DNA from: a virus
Lineage: Duplodnaviria > Caudoviricetes
Virus record (IMG/VR): IMGVR_UViG_3300032024_000074
Coordinates: 1-44,424 of that record
DNA length: 44,424 bases
Strand: one strand, 5' to 3'
Position 1 is the stretch's first letter; every line of letters begins with the position of its first letter. Shown here in pieces: positions 17,801 through 26,320 of this stretch. The notes below the pieces were generated by a model. That model searched no databases. It had not been told where the DNA came from and was given only the letters and a program-made list of their open reading frames with translations. The position numbers and the translations under genes are program-made.

Positions 17801-18097
17801 GTTATCGCCGGCCTGCGCGGCGTCGTACTGGCAGACCGTCACGACCGACCCGCCGCCCATCGAGCAATCGCCCTTAGAGACGGCGTCATTGACCGCAGCT
17901 AGGAATCCGTCAACCGCGCTCCCGCAGCGTCCGTCCGGTGTGCCGACGCCCGCGAGCTGCTTTGCCTTTCCCTCCGCGCTACCGATGGTGCAGATGGGAA
18001 CCGCGAGGCCACCTACCGTGAATGCGCCGCCCGGGTAAGGCTGAGCGAACACGGAGGTGCTCACCAGCATCAGAGCTACGGCGAGGAATGATCGCAT
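14855..18097 (-). CDS. Signal-peptide-bearing fibre/tailspike-like protein
   Basis: MRSFLAVALMLVSTSVFA signal; ADSATDTLTITAG, EFDRLDGLSSPLQTQL, KAGDTMTG and KVTNLTAGSDPADAV (YadA-neck-like); DLSAELQAAINAL beta-helix cap. RBS AGGAGG. Confidence 0.7.
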   Translation of the reverse strand: MRSFLAVALMLVSTSVFAQPYPGGAFTVGGLAVPICTIGSAEGKAKQLAGVGTPDGRCGSAVDGFLAAVNDAVSKGDCSMGGGSVVTVCQYDAAQAGDNKWVGTVGAAQGDQVSVNSSATADPTFDDSADIAFVDAANHVTATLLPNSVELGAATTGNYCAAATADGGLTFTGTEGGTLGLKACTANQVLKTNGSVWDCSDQAGGNSFQTMAPTSGTTPVADSATDTLTITAGAGVTITGDATADSLTIASTLGAAIDPAEMEDADFVAFTCWLGACSLNANTVTSSSIYAGVDPAKLGGGLVSAAEFDRLDGLSSPLQTQLNARILKAGDTMTGVLNMDSHKVTNLTAGSDPADAVRFDQVPVPTNLILRAGTQAFTGQQSMGGYKLNSVGEPSSGSTSAARHKDIPFACGTSDAYGQEDVRCKRVDDDNDDGDLSAELQAAINALIWPSGALTAETDVYLAAPQQGGYTLGTRIVICGDTSPPSGATAPDCTGTALIPTIHFIGPWDKAKLYCTMANTTNVVNYLLPCIQIGDAWGDSGDFTKNANLAFDDPLDMTTTVGIDGGTLVSTLLLWCNGCTGDLKLSPHVGAGTASATGPLAVIAGGRLHSEIQADNAAGLLTSIVMDGQQAGSTIQMRASDVSLEIGSSVSAGFGRWGSNDGCGYNGFTSTECDDLQVLPGTSLEGLGSAALALLEIAQSRAVIVDGSFRATGANAKPTIEAYVGTNVGPIRNLTLRGTCVLATGGLNSCVRLIGTGDPSFTPQVIMDAKVISAIATTGNDQGGIGGNNNRDNKAAAHITLGPSASMQNVAGGYANLLNRTNVWVRGFEPNDVTGAVGETIRVRVPAVTLGASPPYCLDLGDGAWRACTDERTRLRKPDWPKTWMQRASVRLYGAPAASTTCNIRVLKSGTVAGTTEYFPGGHPFALGGDGLVADGDSAAWNVAEIGTASDYWQVQIDDDYATIGGEEACLATVASGYATSNGTTTTLNDSTKAWTTDEHSSASRRVVIEAGDGALALKTITSNTATQITWSGAIGAATHGADNIKRTKYRIVASSGACTCLSKALPEMDVQLYGFPVNQ

Positions 18098-18105
18098 GTC
18101 GCCTC

Positions 18106-18666
18106 CTACTCGCTCGGGAACATGCGCACGGCGGCAACGCCAAACTCTGCGAGTGCCACGCTACCGCTGTAGTCGACCTTCACCCGGCCGCCGAGGTCGT
18201 TGAATCGGCGGCGCTGGAATGGGCCGATAGGGCCTTGGAAGCCCGCCCCCATGACGTAGGTCAGAGGGTGCAGATAGCCGTCCGAGCAGATCCCGATTGC
18301 AGAGACATTGACGCTAATCACGTTCGCGCTCATGCTCTTCACGAACAGGAATGTGCGCCCATCGTTTTGGAACGTGTCCCCGTCGGCGGTCAGCGAGTCG
18401 CACGCGGTCCAGTCTCCGCCACTGGAGGCCACCACCTCGTCCCCGAGCGCCGGAATTCCGTCGAGCAGGTAGAACGAGAGGATGTGCGTCGTGTTGCTCG
18501 CGGAGATCAAGATCCCCGTGGCACCACTGGGCGAGAAGGTCAGGCTGGCGGCGGGAGTCCAGGTGCCAGAGCCCGCGGCGAAGTGTGCGTAGCGAACTGG
18601 GTTGTGCTCGGAGTAGTAGACGTCGAGCGCGATGCCGAACATATTCTGCACGACGAGATCAGACAC
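18106..18666 (-). CDS. Hypothetical beta-rich virion-associated protein
   Basis: C-terminal GDTFQNDGRTFLFVK...IGPF...FND.GGRVKVDYS resembles a small siphovirus structural domain; sits in the late operon. Confidence 0.5.
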   Translation of the reverse strand: MSDLVVQNMFGIALDVYYSEHNPVRYAHFAAGSGTWTPAASLTFSPSGATGILISASNTTHILSFYLLDGIPALGDEVVASSGGDWTACDSLTADGDTFQNDGRTFLFVKSMSANVISVNVSAIGICSDGYLHPLTYVMGAGFQGPIGPFQRRRFNDLGGRVKVDYSGSVALAEFGVAAVRMFPSE

Positions 18667-18717
18667 ACGTCCCCCGATCGCGCAGACGCGCGCGCGTAGT
18701 GGCAGGGCTGTTGGTGA

Positions 18718-19797
18718 CTACTGCTCGGCGCGGAACGCGATGCCGTCTAGCAGCAGAAGCGGTGCGGCTGTGGACCCGCTGACCTTGGAGACCGCACCAC
18801 CCGCAGAAATTGAGACTGTATGTAGGCCGCCGGCGCCGTCCGTTGCGACGAACACGAGAGACCGCGTAGGCCGATAACCCGACGGGAGCGTGAAGATCGT
18901 CTCGTTCGGGAGATCAGTCTTCCAAACGCAACCTCGGAGCCGGACGACCGCGTCCGGCGTCTGCCAGAAGCCTGCCGGGTAACGCACCGAGACCGAGTCT
19001 CCGTGGTTGTCCCAAGCGTTCTCGAATGCGGGCTGAGACGGAGCCCCGACGAGGCGCACGGACTCGCTGAAGATTCCTCCTGCCGCCGTTAGCAGGCCAG
19101 AAACGCTGAGCGTGCTCTCGATCGAGATCGCGCCGGAGACGACTCCGCCTGTGTCCCGGTCGAGCGCGCGGAATAGCTCGAGCGCATTCTCGTCTGCGCG
19201 CACTCGAACGCTCTGCAGGGCACTCCCCGAGAGTGAGCCGTCGAACCCGACCCCGAGAACGTCCGTCACGAGCTGATCGATGCGCAGCGCTGCGCGCTTG
19301 TTGATGGCCGCGAAGTCGATGTCGCCGTCGTCCGCGTAGGCAATACCAGCGCCAGGTGTGAAGCTGGTCGTGATCGAGTACGCGATGCCGAGCTCTGTCG
19401 CGCCGGCGTAGGGCGCGGCGAGCGTGAGCTTGCCGGGTGCGTTGACCGTGTCGACATCGTAGGTAACGCCGCTGCGCTGCTTGGTGAAGATCGCCCCTGG
19501 CGCGATTCCGGACGTGCTCCACGCCGGCGCGTAGGCAATGCCGCTGACCGTCCCTCCGGCCGAGGTCGGCGTCTGCGCCACCACGTCCGCTGCGGCGGGC
19601 TGCGCCGTGCTGGTGATCCAGCAAGAGAGCACGCCGCCCGAGTAGCCGAGGGTCTTGCCCGCGGCTCCAGAGCCCGTGAATGCCAGCGTCTCACCGGCAA
19701 CGAACGAGCCGGTCACTCCGGTAAGCGTCAGACGATAGACGCCGTAGATGACGGCGAACGCATTCGTGACGACAGCCGTCCCGTCTCGTACCTGCAC
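18718..19797 (-). CDS. Side tail fibre / receptor-binding protein
   Basis: N-terminal attachment-like YDVDTV...KLTLAAPYAG...YSI and C-terminal VVRLRG...IFTLPSGYRP RBP motif. The start overlaps the SDR stop. Confidence 0.7.
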   Translation of the reverse strand: MQVRDGTAVVTNAFAVIYGVYRLTLTGVTGSFVAGETLAFTGSGAAGKTLGYSGGVLSCWITSTAQPAAADVVAQTPTSAGGTVSGIAYAPAWSTSGIAPGAIFTKQRSGVTYDVDTVNAPGKLTLAAPYAGATELGIAYSITTSFTPGAGIAYADDGDIDFAAINKRAALRIDQLVTDVLGVGFDGSLSGSALQSVRVRADENALELFRALDRDTGGVVSGAISIESTLSVSGLLTAAGGIFSESVRLVGAPSQPAFENAWDNHGDSVSVRYPAGFWQTPDAVVRLRGCVWKTDLPNETIFTLPSGYRPTRSLVFVATDGAGGLHTVSISAGGAVSKVSGSTAAPLLLLDGIAFRAEQ

Positions 19798-20498
19798 TAG
19801 AGCCCTCCTGAGACGGTGAAGGTGTCGCCTACTGCGTAGGGCATCTGAAGCGCGAGCAGCGCCGCCCGGGCGATTTCCTCGCGCTCAGCCATGCGCTTCA
19901 GCGCAATGGCGCGCAAGATCTTCTCGCGCTTCTCGGGCTTGATCTCGCGCGTCATAGCACTCTCCACCCAACCCGTCGCAAGCGTGTTTACCCGGACCCC
20001 GTGCGCAGCCCACTGGCGCGCGCGGGCCTTGAACGCGACCTCGACCGCGGCCTTGCTCGCCGCGTAGATCGCCAGGTCGGCAGGAGGCTGGCGCGCGATG
20101 GTCGATCCGATCAGCAGCACCCGAGACGGCTCCTCGTGCTCATCGCGGCGCATGAGAGGGGCGGAGGACTCCAGCACGATGAACTGGCCCACGAGGTTGG
20201 TCGCGAGCTGCTCTTCGATCTGAAACTCCCACTCCTCGACTTCCTTGATGCCGTGCAGCGGTCGCTGATAGGCGCCGCACCCGCCCGCCAGCACGAGCCA
20301 ATCGCATCCGTCCAGCTCGTCGATGGCGGCGTGAACCGCGGCCTGGATGCGACGCGCCTCCCATCGGAGGTCGAGCTGGAAACAATTCGCGCCCGTGACG
20401 ACGCTTCGCTGCATCCGCATGGTGGCATGGCCAGCCAGCTCGCACGCCTGCGCGATAGCAGCGCCAATGCTGTCGCCAGACCCGCCGACCACGATCAC
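19797..20498 (-). CDS. Short-chain dehydrogenase/reductase, FabG-like (233 aa)
   Basis: IVVGGSGDSIG (Rossmann), TNLVG (N), IGST (S), YAASK (YxxxK), GVRVNTLATGWVES.MT and VSGGL. GTG start overlaps the upstream TGA. Confidence 0.9.
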   Translation of the reverse strand: MIVVGGSGDSIGAAIAQACELAGHATMRMQRSVVTGANCFQLDLRWEARRIQAAVHAAIDELDGCDWLVLAGGCGAYQRPLHGIKEVEEWEFQIEEQLATNLVGQFIVLESSAPLMRRDEHEEPSRVLLIGSTIARQPPADLAIYAASKAAVEVAFKARARQWAAHGVRVNTLATGWVESAMTREIKPEKREKILRAIALKRMAEREEIARAALLALQMPYAVGDTFTVSGGL

Positions 20499-21448
20499 TC
20501 GGCGAGAAGCCGTGGCACCCGCTCCCGCATCCACTGGTGCACCTCCCCGCCATGGCTCGCGTCGAAGGCCCGGTGATCCATGCTGATTCCGATCGTCACG
20601 GTGCCGCCTCGAGGCGTCCCGATCGCCAGCGCGAGCGGCACTCCATGGCCCGGTATCAGCGCCGGGAGCGGTGCCGTGATGCCCGTCCCCGAGCAGTCCG
20701 AGATCGTCGCCCCGCCTGATGAGGCCAGGAACCCGGCCTCGATCCATGCGCGGACTAGCGCCTGCCCCACCCCTGCCAGTGGATGCCGCCGCGTGCGCAG
20801 CGCGGCCCGAAGACCCGTCCGCAGCGCTGCTGCCGTCTCTTCGTCCGAGAGTCGTGAGGCGTCGAGCACAAGCGGCTCGATCTCGTCCGGGGCCAGCTCC
20901 GCGTAGACGACCATCTCCGCACTCTCGCGCTGCCAGACCCGGCCGCCGAGGTAGGCCCGATTGAGATGTGGCCGCTCGGCCAGGAGCCGCGACGTGGTAC
21001 GGATCACCGCCCGGGGCAGCCGGGCCGGGTCCGCCTGCCCGATCTCCACCTCGCAGAGCCCGTCGATCTTGAGTCCCGCCGGCCAGCACGAGCGCGCGAG
21101 CTCGCGCCAGGGCGTCGCGATCGGAGCCGGCGAAACTCGCTGCAGTCGCATCCGATAGCCGAGGGCCTCGAGGGAGCCACGAATCTCTGCCTTCGCGGCC
21201 CGGAGTAGCCCCTCCCTGCTTTCCGGCGCCTGCAACGCGATCCTGCGCCGCGCCCTCGCGATCACGTGCCTCAGGAGCGCACGAACAGCCCCCCGCGACT
21301 CGGCATAGGCAGCCTCGGCGCCGGCCATCACGTCGCCCAGCCCATGCTCCCGTGCCGCCGCATGGACGTAGCCTGGCGAGAGGATCGTGGTGAGCAGCCG
21401 CAGCTCCGCGCGCGTTAGCAGCGGGCCGCGGGAGGTGAATCGCGCCAT
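20495..21448 (-). CDS. Stand-alone 2-oxoacid dehydrogenase E2-like (CAT-fold) acyltransferase catalytic domain with a novel N-terminal region
   Basis: PHLNR...GRVWQRES, GATISDCSGTGI and TIGISMDHRAFDA match the E2 motifs TISN and DHRxxDG. No lipoyl domain seen. Confidence 0.8.
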   Translation of the reverse strand: MARFTSRGPLLTRAELRLLTTILSPGYVHAAAREHGLGDVMAGAEAAYAESRGAVRALLRHVIARARRRIALQAPESREGLLRAAKAEIRGSLEALGYRMRLQRVSPAPIATPWRELARSCWPAGLKIDGLCEVEIGQADPARLPRAVIRTTSRLLAERPHLNRAYLGGRVWQRESAEMVVYAELAPDEIEPLVLDASRLSDEETAAALRTGLRAALRTRRHPLAGVGQALVRAWIEAGFLASSGGATISDCSGTGITAPLPALIPGHGVPLALAIGTPRGGTVTIGISMDHRAFDASHGGEVHQWMRERVPRLLAE

Positions 21449-21450
21449 CA

Positions 21451-21825
21451 CTACCGAGAGGGCACCCCCTGGCCTCCCGATCGCGCCTGCGTGTCCGCCT
21501 CGACCGCGGCCCTAGCCGCCTCCACCGCCGGACGCATCGCCTCGAGCCGGTGCTCGATCGCCCAGCCACGCAGATTCAGCGTCTCCGTGGCCTCGGCCAT
21601 CTTCCGGGCCGCGACCTCCATCTTCGTCGAGCTCGCCTCGACCGCGTCCGCGATGCGCTCGAGGAGGGCCCGCGCGCTGACGCTCTCCGCCAAGATCCCC
21701 TGGAGATCCGTCTGAACCGAGCAGAGCATGCGTGCCACAAGCGCAGGCGAGAAGGCTCCACCATCAGCCTGCATGGGGCTCGTGCTACCAAGGGGCGGGA
21801 CGGAGATCCGGATGGGCTCGGTCAT
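21451..21825 (-). CDS. Hypothetical coiled-coil protein
   Basis: ATGA-coupled start; Ala/Glu/Arg heptad-like composition. Confidence 0.6.
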   Translation of the reverse strand: MTEPIRISVPPLGSTSPMQADGGAFSPALVARMLCSVQTDLQGILAESVSARALLERIADAVEASSTKMEVAARKMAEATETLNLRGWAIEHRLEAMRPAVEAARAAVEADTQARSGGQGVPSR

Positions 21826-22298
21826 GTCGCGAAAGCCTCCGGCGGATGCGCGGTCGCTGCCACGCTCCGCGTCTCGGCCCAGTAGCGCGCGTCGGCAAGC
21901 GCCACGACCCACGTCCCGGGCGTGGTGGTGGTGACCGCGTGCAGCTCACCGAAGCGCCACTCCTGCGCCTGGCCGTTGACCGTGACCTTCACCGTCAGCT
22001 CTGAGGCCTGCTCGGCCGTGAGATCGAGCGCGACCACGCACCAGACCGCAGCGTCCTCGCCGTCGGCCTTGAACGCGGGATCATTGACGCGCAGCCGAAC
22101 GTGCGGGAGACGCACCAGCGCGCCCGCTTCATCTCGCCGCCATCGTCCCCCCTCATGCAGGATCCGGTCGCTTTCCTCCTGGGAGGATGCCTCGTGCCAG
22201 CCCTCTCCGCGCATGAGGTGCGTGTGGACAATATCGAGGATGCGTCCCGTGTCATCGCAGCGATAAAAGCAGCGCAGCCGGTTCGGAGACAGGCTCAT
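21822..22298 (-). CDS. Hypothetical protein downstream of gpJ (possible tail-tip accessory or chaperone)
   Basis: ATGA-coupled to the J stop; beta-rich C-terminal half. Confidence 0.6.
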   Translation of the reverse strand: MSLSPNRLRCFYRCDDTGRILDIVHTHLMRGEGWHEASSQEESDRILHEGGRWRRDEAGALVRLPHVRLRVNDPAFKADGEDAAVWCVVALDLTAEQASELTVKVTVNGQAQEWRFGELHAVTTTTPGTWVVALADARYWAETRSVAATAHPPEAFAT

Positions 22299-25200
22299 CG
22301 GCGGAACTCCGAACCCGTGAGGAAGCTCGCAGCGCCGAGGTCAAGCGTGAGCTGCGTCGCACTTCCGCGCTGCACGCGGTAGTTGTGCGTCCCGGCATAA
22401 TATGGCGGCGTCGATTGGTACGCGTAGACGGTCATCTGCGTGTCCGTGTGGACGTAGGGTGCGCCCGCGGTGTAGGGCGGGATTGCGCCGATGTCGATCC
22501 AACCACCGGCACCGTCAGAAATGTGAAGGTGGTCTGCAGTGCCATGGCCGCGGTAGATGTTCGAGGCCCAGCGCGTGCCGCCCATCGAGTACGCGAAGCG
22601 GTATCCGAAGCCGCCGAATGTTCCCGGATTCGAGTCAAGATAGAGCTGTCCAAGCTCGTAGTAATCGCTGTCCCAGCGCACCTGCAACTGGTAGTCCCAG
22701 AGACCCGCCAGCGGGGAGTCCATGCGCGAGACAACGCCAGCGAGCACGTAACCCGGAGATGAAATCGACGTCGCGCCGCTCTCGAATACGGTCGTTGGCG
22801 CACCTGGCGGAGTGACCGCCGTCCGTGTCACGCGGTAGCGGACCTTGGGGAGCATCTGTCCGTAGACGATGTTCTCGCCACCGATCTGGATATAGGGATT
22901 ATCCCCTGGCAAGAGTGCGTTCGGATAGGTGTGTACCACCTGCGAATACAGCAACCCAGAGAGCGACACCGGCCCGCCCGTGGTCGCGAGGCGCACGGTG
23001 AGCACCCCCACCCACGATCCCTGTCCGACCTCGCCACTACCGTCGTGCGCGATGATCGTTCGATCATGCGTCGTCTGCGCGGTCTCGAAGAGCGTCACTG
23101 CGTTGCCGGCGATCTTGAGCGTCTTCACCGCCAGGTCGCGGATGTTCGCGGTATCGACGACGAGGTTTCGGATCATCGCCGAGTCGACGACGAGATTTGC
23201 GAGCTCCGGCTGACCCACGAGCACCGTGTCGACATACTGGACGCCAGAGACGTTGAGCAGTGCCGGCTCCCGGCCGAAGGCGTCGTAGGCCGCCGCACGC
23301 ACGTAGTAGCGGGTGCCGGCGACCGCATCGAAGATCGCCGGGCGCCCCGCGCCGTCGCTCACAAGCGTCGTATCGTCGAGCGGGAAGCTCTCGTTCGTGC
23401 TCGCCCAGACGAGGACGCCCGCATAGTCCGCATCGGTCGGCGGCTCGAAGTCGATCCACACCTCGCGGAAGCCGCCCGTGAGCCGCAACAGGTTGAGTGC
23501 GGCCGGTGCCGGGTTGCTCACCGTGAGCTGCGCGTAGGGCCCCACCCGGCCATAGACGTCGCGGACCGCGACCTCGATCCGAATGCTGCGACGCGGCCCT
23601 CCGTCGTCCCGGTTCTTCTCCAGCGTGTAGACGTAGCGTGGATCCGGTCCGGGCGGCTCCGTCCGCAGCACCGCGTTCGTCGCAGGGTCGATGATCCGCA
23701 CCGCGAAGCCCGAGAACCACGCCGGCGGACCGCTCGGCGCCTCGCCCACCGTCGCGCTGACATTGGGCTCGTTCCAGCGCCAGGCGAAGCGGGCATCATG
23801 TCCCGTGAAGGTCGTGGCATTGCCCTGGCCGTCCAGCTCGAGACCTGTGACGCGCGCCAGCTCTACCGGAGTCTGCTCGTCGTGGTTGTAGCCGATGCTC
23901 GCCGCGCGCGAGATCTGCGAGAGCACTGAGACCGCGACCACCTCGAAGTCGTAGAAGCCGGGCCGCGCGTCGGGGAGCGATACCTCCGTGGCCGTTGTCT
24001 CCGGCAGCGATTGCCAGTTGCCGAGGTTGAGCCGCCAGCGGACGCGATACACGCGCACCCGAGCGCTGGGCGCCGTCCAGGAGAGCGAGAGGAACGTACG
24101 CGGGCCGGTGCCCCCCACCCGGATCTCCGCCAGCACGGAAAGTCCGCTCGGCGGATCGATCGTGAGATCAGACGGAGGCAGCACATCCGGAGGCGGCTCG
24201 TCGAGCACGATGCCGGTCTCTACCTCTGCGAACTTCGCCTCCTCGTACTGGAGCGCAACGACCTCATAGAGGCTGCGCTCCGTCTCGTGCACGGACACCA
24301 CTCGGTAGGGGCGCGGCGACAGATTCGGCTCTGCGAGCATCCAGACCTGGCCCGCCTCGGGCGATACATCGAACGCCGGGCTCACAGAGAGCGAATCCGT
24401 CGTGATCGGGTCGCTCGTGACCGTCCTCGTCACGATCCCGAGCAAGTAGTCGATGCGGTAGCGAGTGGGCGCGCCGGCCCCGCCCAGGTCCCCGATGCTC
24501 AGCGTCTTGGTCGGGGAGTCGTAGCCCCGCACCTCGACCGACTGCTCGAAGGTGCCATCGTCGTCGAGGTCCGCGTGAACGAACACCCGCGTAAGGTCAT
24601 CAGCCGCGAGCGGCGCCGAGAGCAGGAGCGTGGTGGCGTTGTCGGCCGCCGTCACGATCTCGCTGCGGCCGCCCTGGAGAACCGACACCTCGTAGACCAC
24701 GCCCGGCGCGAGCGTCACCGGCTCGTCGAGCTCGATCCGTGCGAGCGATCCGGCCTTGAGGCGCCCCGAGAAGCGCTTCCCTCCACGCATCGGATCGATG
24801 ATGTTCGCGATGTCCCCAGGTCGGAGCGTGGCCGCCTCGAGCCCGGCCTGGAAGGTGACCGTCTCCTTCTCGAGTCGCTCCGTGGTCAGGATCCATCGAC
24901 CGAGCCGGTGCGCCTGGCCGCGTGACGTGCAGCCGAAGGCCGTAGCGTCGAGTGTCCGAACGCCATAGCGCTGGATCGCGGCCTCGTCCTCGACATACTC
25001 CGTCTCGGGGAGGTAGTAGTTCTCGGGGTTGTTCCAGCGAACGAGCGCCACCGTGTGCCGCGCTGTCCTTGCGCTGCTCGCGTAGCTGAAGATCCCATCT
25101 CGCACGTTGACCGGCGAGAACTGGTGGATCGGTGCCTTGGGCACATCCTGCGAGAACGTGATGAGGCCGCTGCTCCAGTAGACCATGCCGCGGAAGGCCG

Positions 25201-26320
25201 ACGCGATGTCGGCCATCACCTTGTAGGCCTGCTCTCGCGTCTGGAGCGCAAGATTCATCGCGAACCTGCGCTCATGGAGCGGGCTGCCGTAGACGTCTGT
25301 GAAGCCGCTCTCGACCAGCTCGTCGCACAGACGGCCGATGCGATAGAGCGCCCACTTGTCGACGTGCTCGGGCCGCACGTACTGTCCCAGGCCGTAGCGC
25401 TCGTTCGTCGCGAGGTCGTACCAGACCCAGGCCGGGTTGTTGCTGTACGCGATCTTGAACTGCCCGTCCCAATCGCCCGAGTAGGCGCCCGTCCCGAGGC
25501 CGTCGGCGTCAGCCGGTGTGTAGTTGGTTGGAACCTTGATCTTGAGGCCCTTCACGTGATAGCCGCGCGAAGGGATCTGGGAGAACTCGTCGGCTCGAAT
25601 GCCAATGGCGACGTGCGCCGTGAACGGGTACGAGAGCTTTGTGCTCGTGATCTCCGTGTAGCTGTCGACGTACGTCTCATTCTGGAGCGTAGAATCGGCA
25701 GCGTCGGCGCTCTCCCGCGAGACACGGATGCGCCAGGGGCCGGTGCCCGCGGGCCGCGGAAGCCAGTAGGAGCGCGTGAAGCGAGAGCGCGCCTTACCCG
25801 ATGCCCCGTACTGCGTTGCTGCCGGGAACGGGTCCGTCACGTTCGCCACGGCGAGCCCGATCGTCACTGATGCGCCGTGGATGTCTCCCGTGGTTCGATC
25901 CTGCTGCAGCAGGCCGGCGTAGCCGATGTTGATGCGCACGCCATCGACGCCGGGCGAGCTGATCTCCCGCACGACAGGCGTCCCATATTTGAGGCGGACG
26001 TTGACGGGGGTCTCAGACTCGACGCCGGCGCCGAGCGATACAGGCGTCTGGTCCTCGGTCCCAGTGCGCTCCTCGAGCTGCAGAAACTTGAAGTTCGGAC
26101 TGCCGGAGGTGACGGCCGGAGTTTCGTCGAGGTAGACGCCCTCGAGCCCGCCGACGATGCCCTCGATCGGGCCCTCACTGATCGCGTCGACGATGATCCC
26201 GATTTGGTTCGAGGAGATCGAGTCCGGATCCTCGATCGGGATGTGCGGCGCCGGCGGCTTCTTCTGCTTCTTCCCGCCCGCGCCTCCGTACCAGCGGGGA
26301 TCCTCGAAGAGCCCCGGCAT
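22295..26320 (-). CDS. Tail tip / host specificity protein J (lambda gpJ-like)
   Basis: DAISEGPIEG, YSNNPAWVWYDL..N.RYGLG, DKWALY.IG..CDE and FGCTSRGQAHRLGRW motifs; FN3-like domains. Confidence 0.95.
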   Translation of the reverse strand: MPGLFEDPRWYGGAGGKKQKKPPAPHIPIEDPDSISSNQIGIIVDAISEGPIEGIVGGLEGVYLDETPAVTSGSPNFKFLQLEERTGTEDQTPVSLGAGVESETPVNVRLKYGTPVVREISSPGVDGVRINIGYAGLLQQDRTTGDIHGASVTIGLAVANVTDPFPAATQYGASGKARSRFTRSYWLPRPAGTGPWRIRVSRESADAADSTLQNETYVDSYTEITSTKLSYPFTAHVAIGIRADEFSQIPSRGYHVKGLKIKVPTNYTPADADGLGTGAYSGDWDGQFKIAYSNNPAWVWYDLATNERYGLGQYVRPEHVDKWALYRIGRLCDELVESGFTDVYGSPLHERRFAMNLALQTREQAYKVMADIASAFRGMVYWSSGLITFSQDVPKAPIHQFSPVNVRDGIFSYASSARTARHTVALVRWNNPENYYLPETEYVEDEAAIQRYGVRTLDATAFGCTSRGQAHRLGRWILTTERLEKETVTFQAGLEAATLRPGDIANIIDPMRGGKRFSGRLKAGSLARIELDEPVTLAPGVVYEVSVLQGGRSEIVTAADNATTLLLSAPLAADDLTRVFVHADLDDDGTFEQSVEVRGYDSPTKTLSIGDLGGAGAPTRYRIDYLLGIVTRTVTSDPITTDSLSVSPAFDVSPEAGQVWMLAEPNLSPRPYRVVSVHETERSLYEVVALQYEEAKFAEVETGIVLDEPPPDVLPPSDLTIDPPSGLSVLAEIRVGGTGPRTFLSLSWTAPSARVRVYRVRWRLNLGNWQSLPETTATEVSLPDARPGFYDFEVVAVSVLSQISRAASIGYNHDEQTPVELARVTGLELDGQGNATTFTGHDARFAWRWNEPNVSATVGEAPSGPPAWFSGFAVRIIDPATNAVLRTEPPGPDPRYVYTLEKNRDDGGPRRSIRIEVAVRDVYGRVGPYAQLTVSNPAPAALNLLRLTGGFREVWIDFEPPTDADYAGVLVWASTNESFPLDDTTLVSDGAGRPAIFDAVAGTRYYVRAAAYDAFGREPALLNVSGVQYVDTVLVGQPELANLVVDSAMIRNLVVDTANIRDLAVKTLKIAGNAVTLFETAQTTHDRTIIAHDGSGEVGQGSWVGVLTVRLATTGGPVSLSGLLYSQVVHTYPNALLPGDNPYIQIGGENIVYGQMLPKVRYRVTRTAVTPPGAPTTVFESGATSISSPGYVLAGVVSRMDSPLAGLWDYQLQVRWDSDYYELGQLYLDSNPGTFGGFGYRFAYSMGGTRWASNIYRGHGTADHLHISDGAGGWIDIGAIPPYTAGAPYVHTDTQMTVYAYQSTPPYYAGTHNYRVQRGSATQLTLDLGAASFLTGSEFRR

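Noticed and set aside
19797-21569. 590-aa ORF as a single long SDR fusion protein
   Set aside because: The first ~357 aa are Arg/Gly/Pro-rich shadow translation over the acyltransferase gene. The SDR fold begins exactly at the coupled GTG 20498.
21451-21825. Acyl carrier protein partner for the acyltransferase/SDR pair
   Set aside because: No DSL-type phosphopantetheine motif; the sequence looks like a coiled coil.
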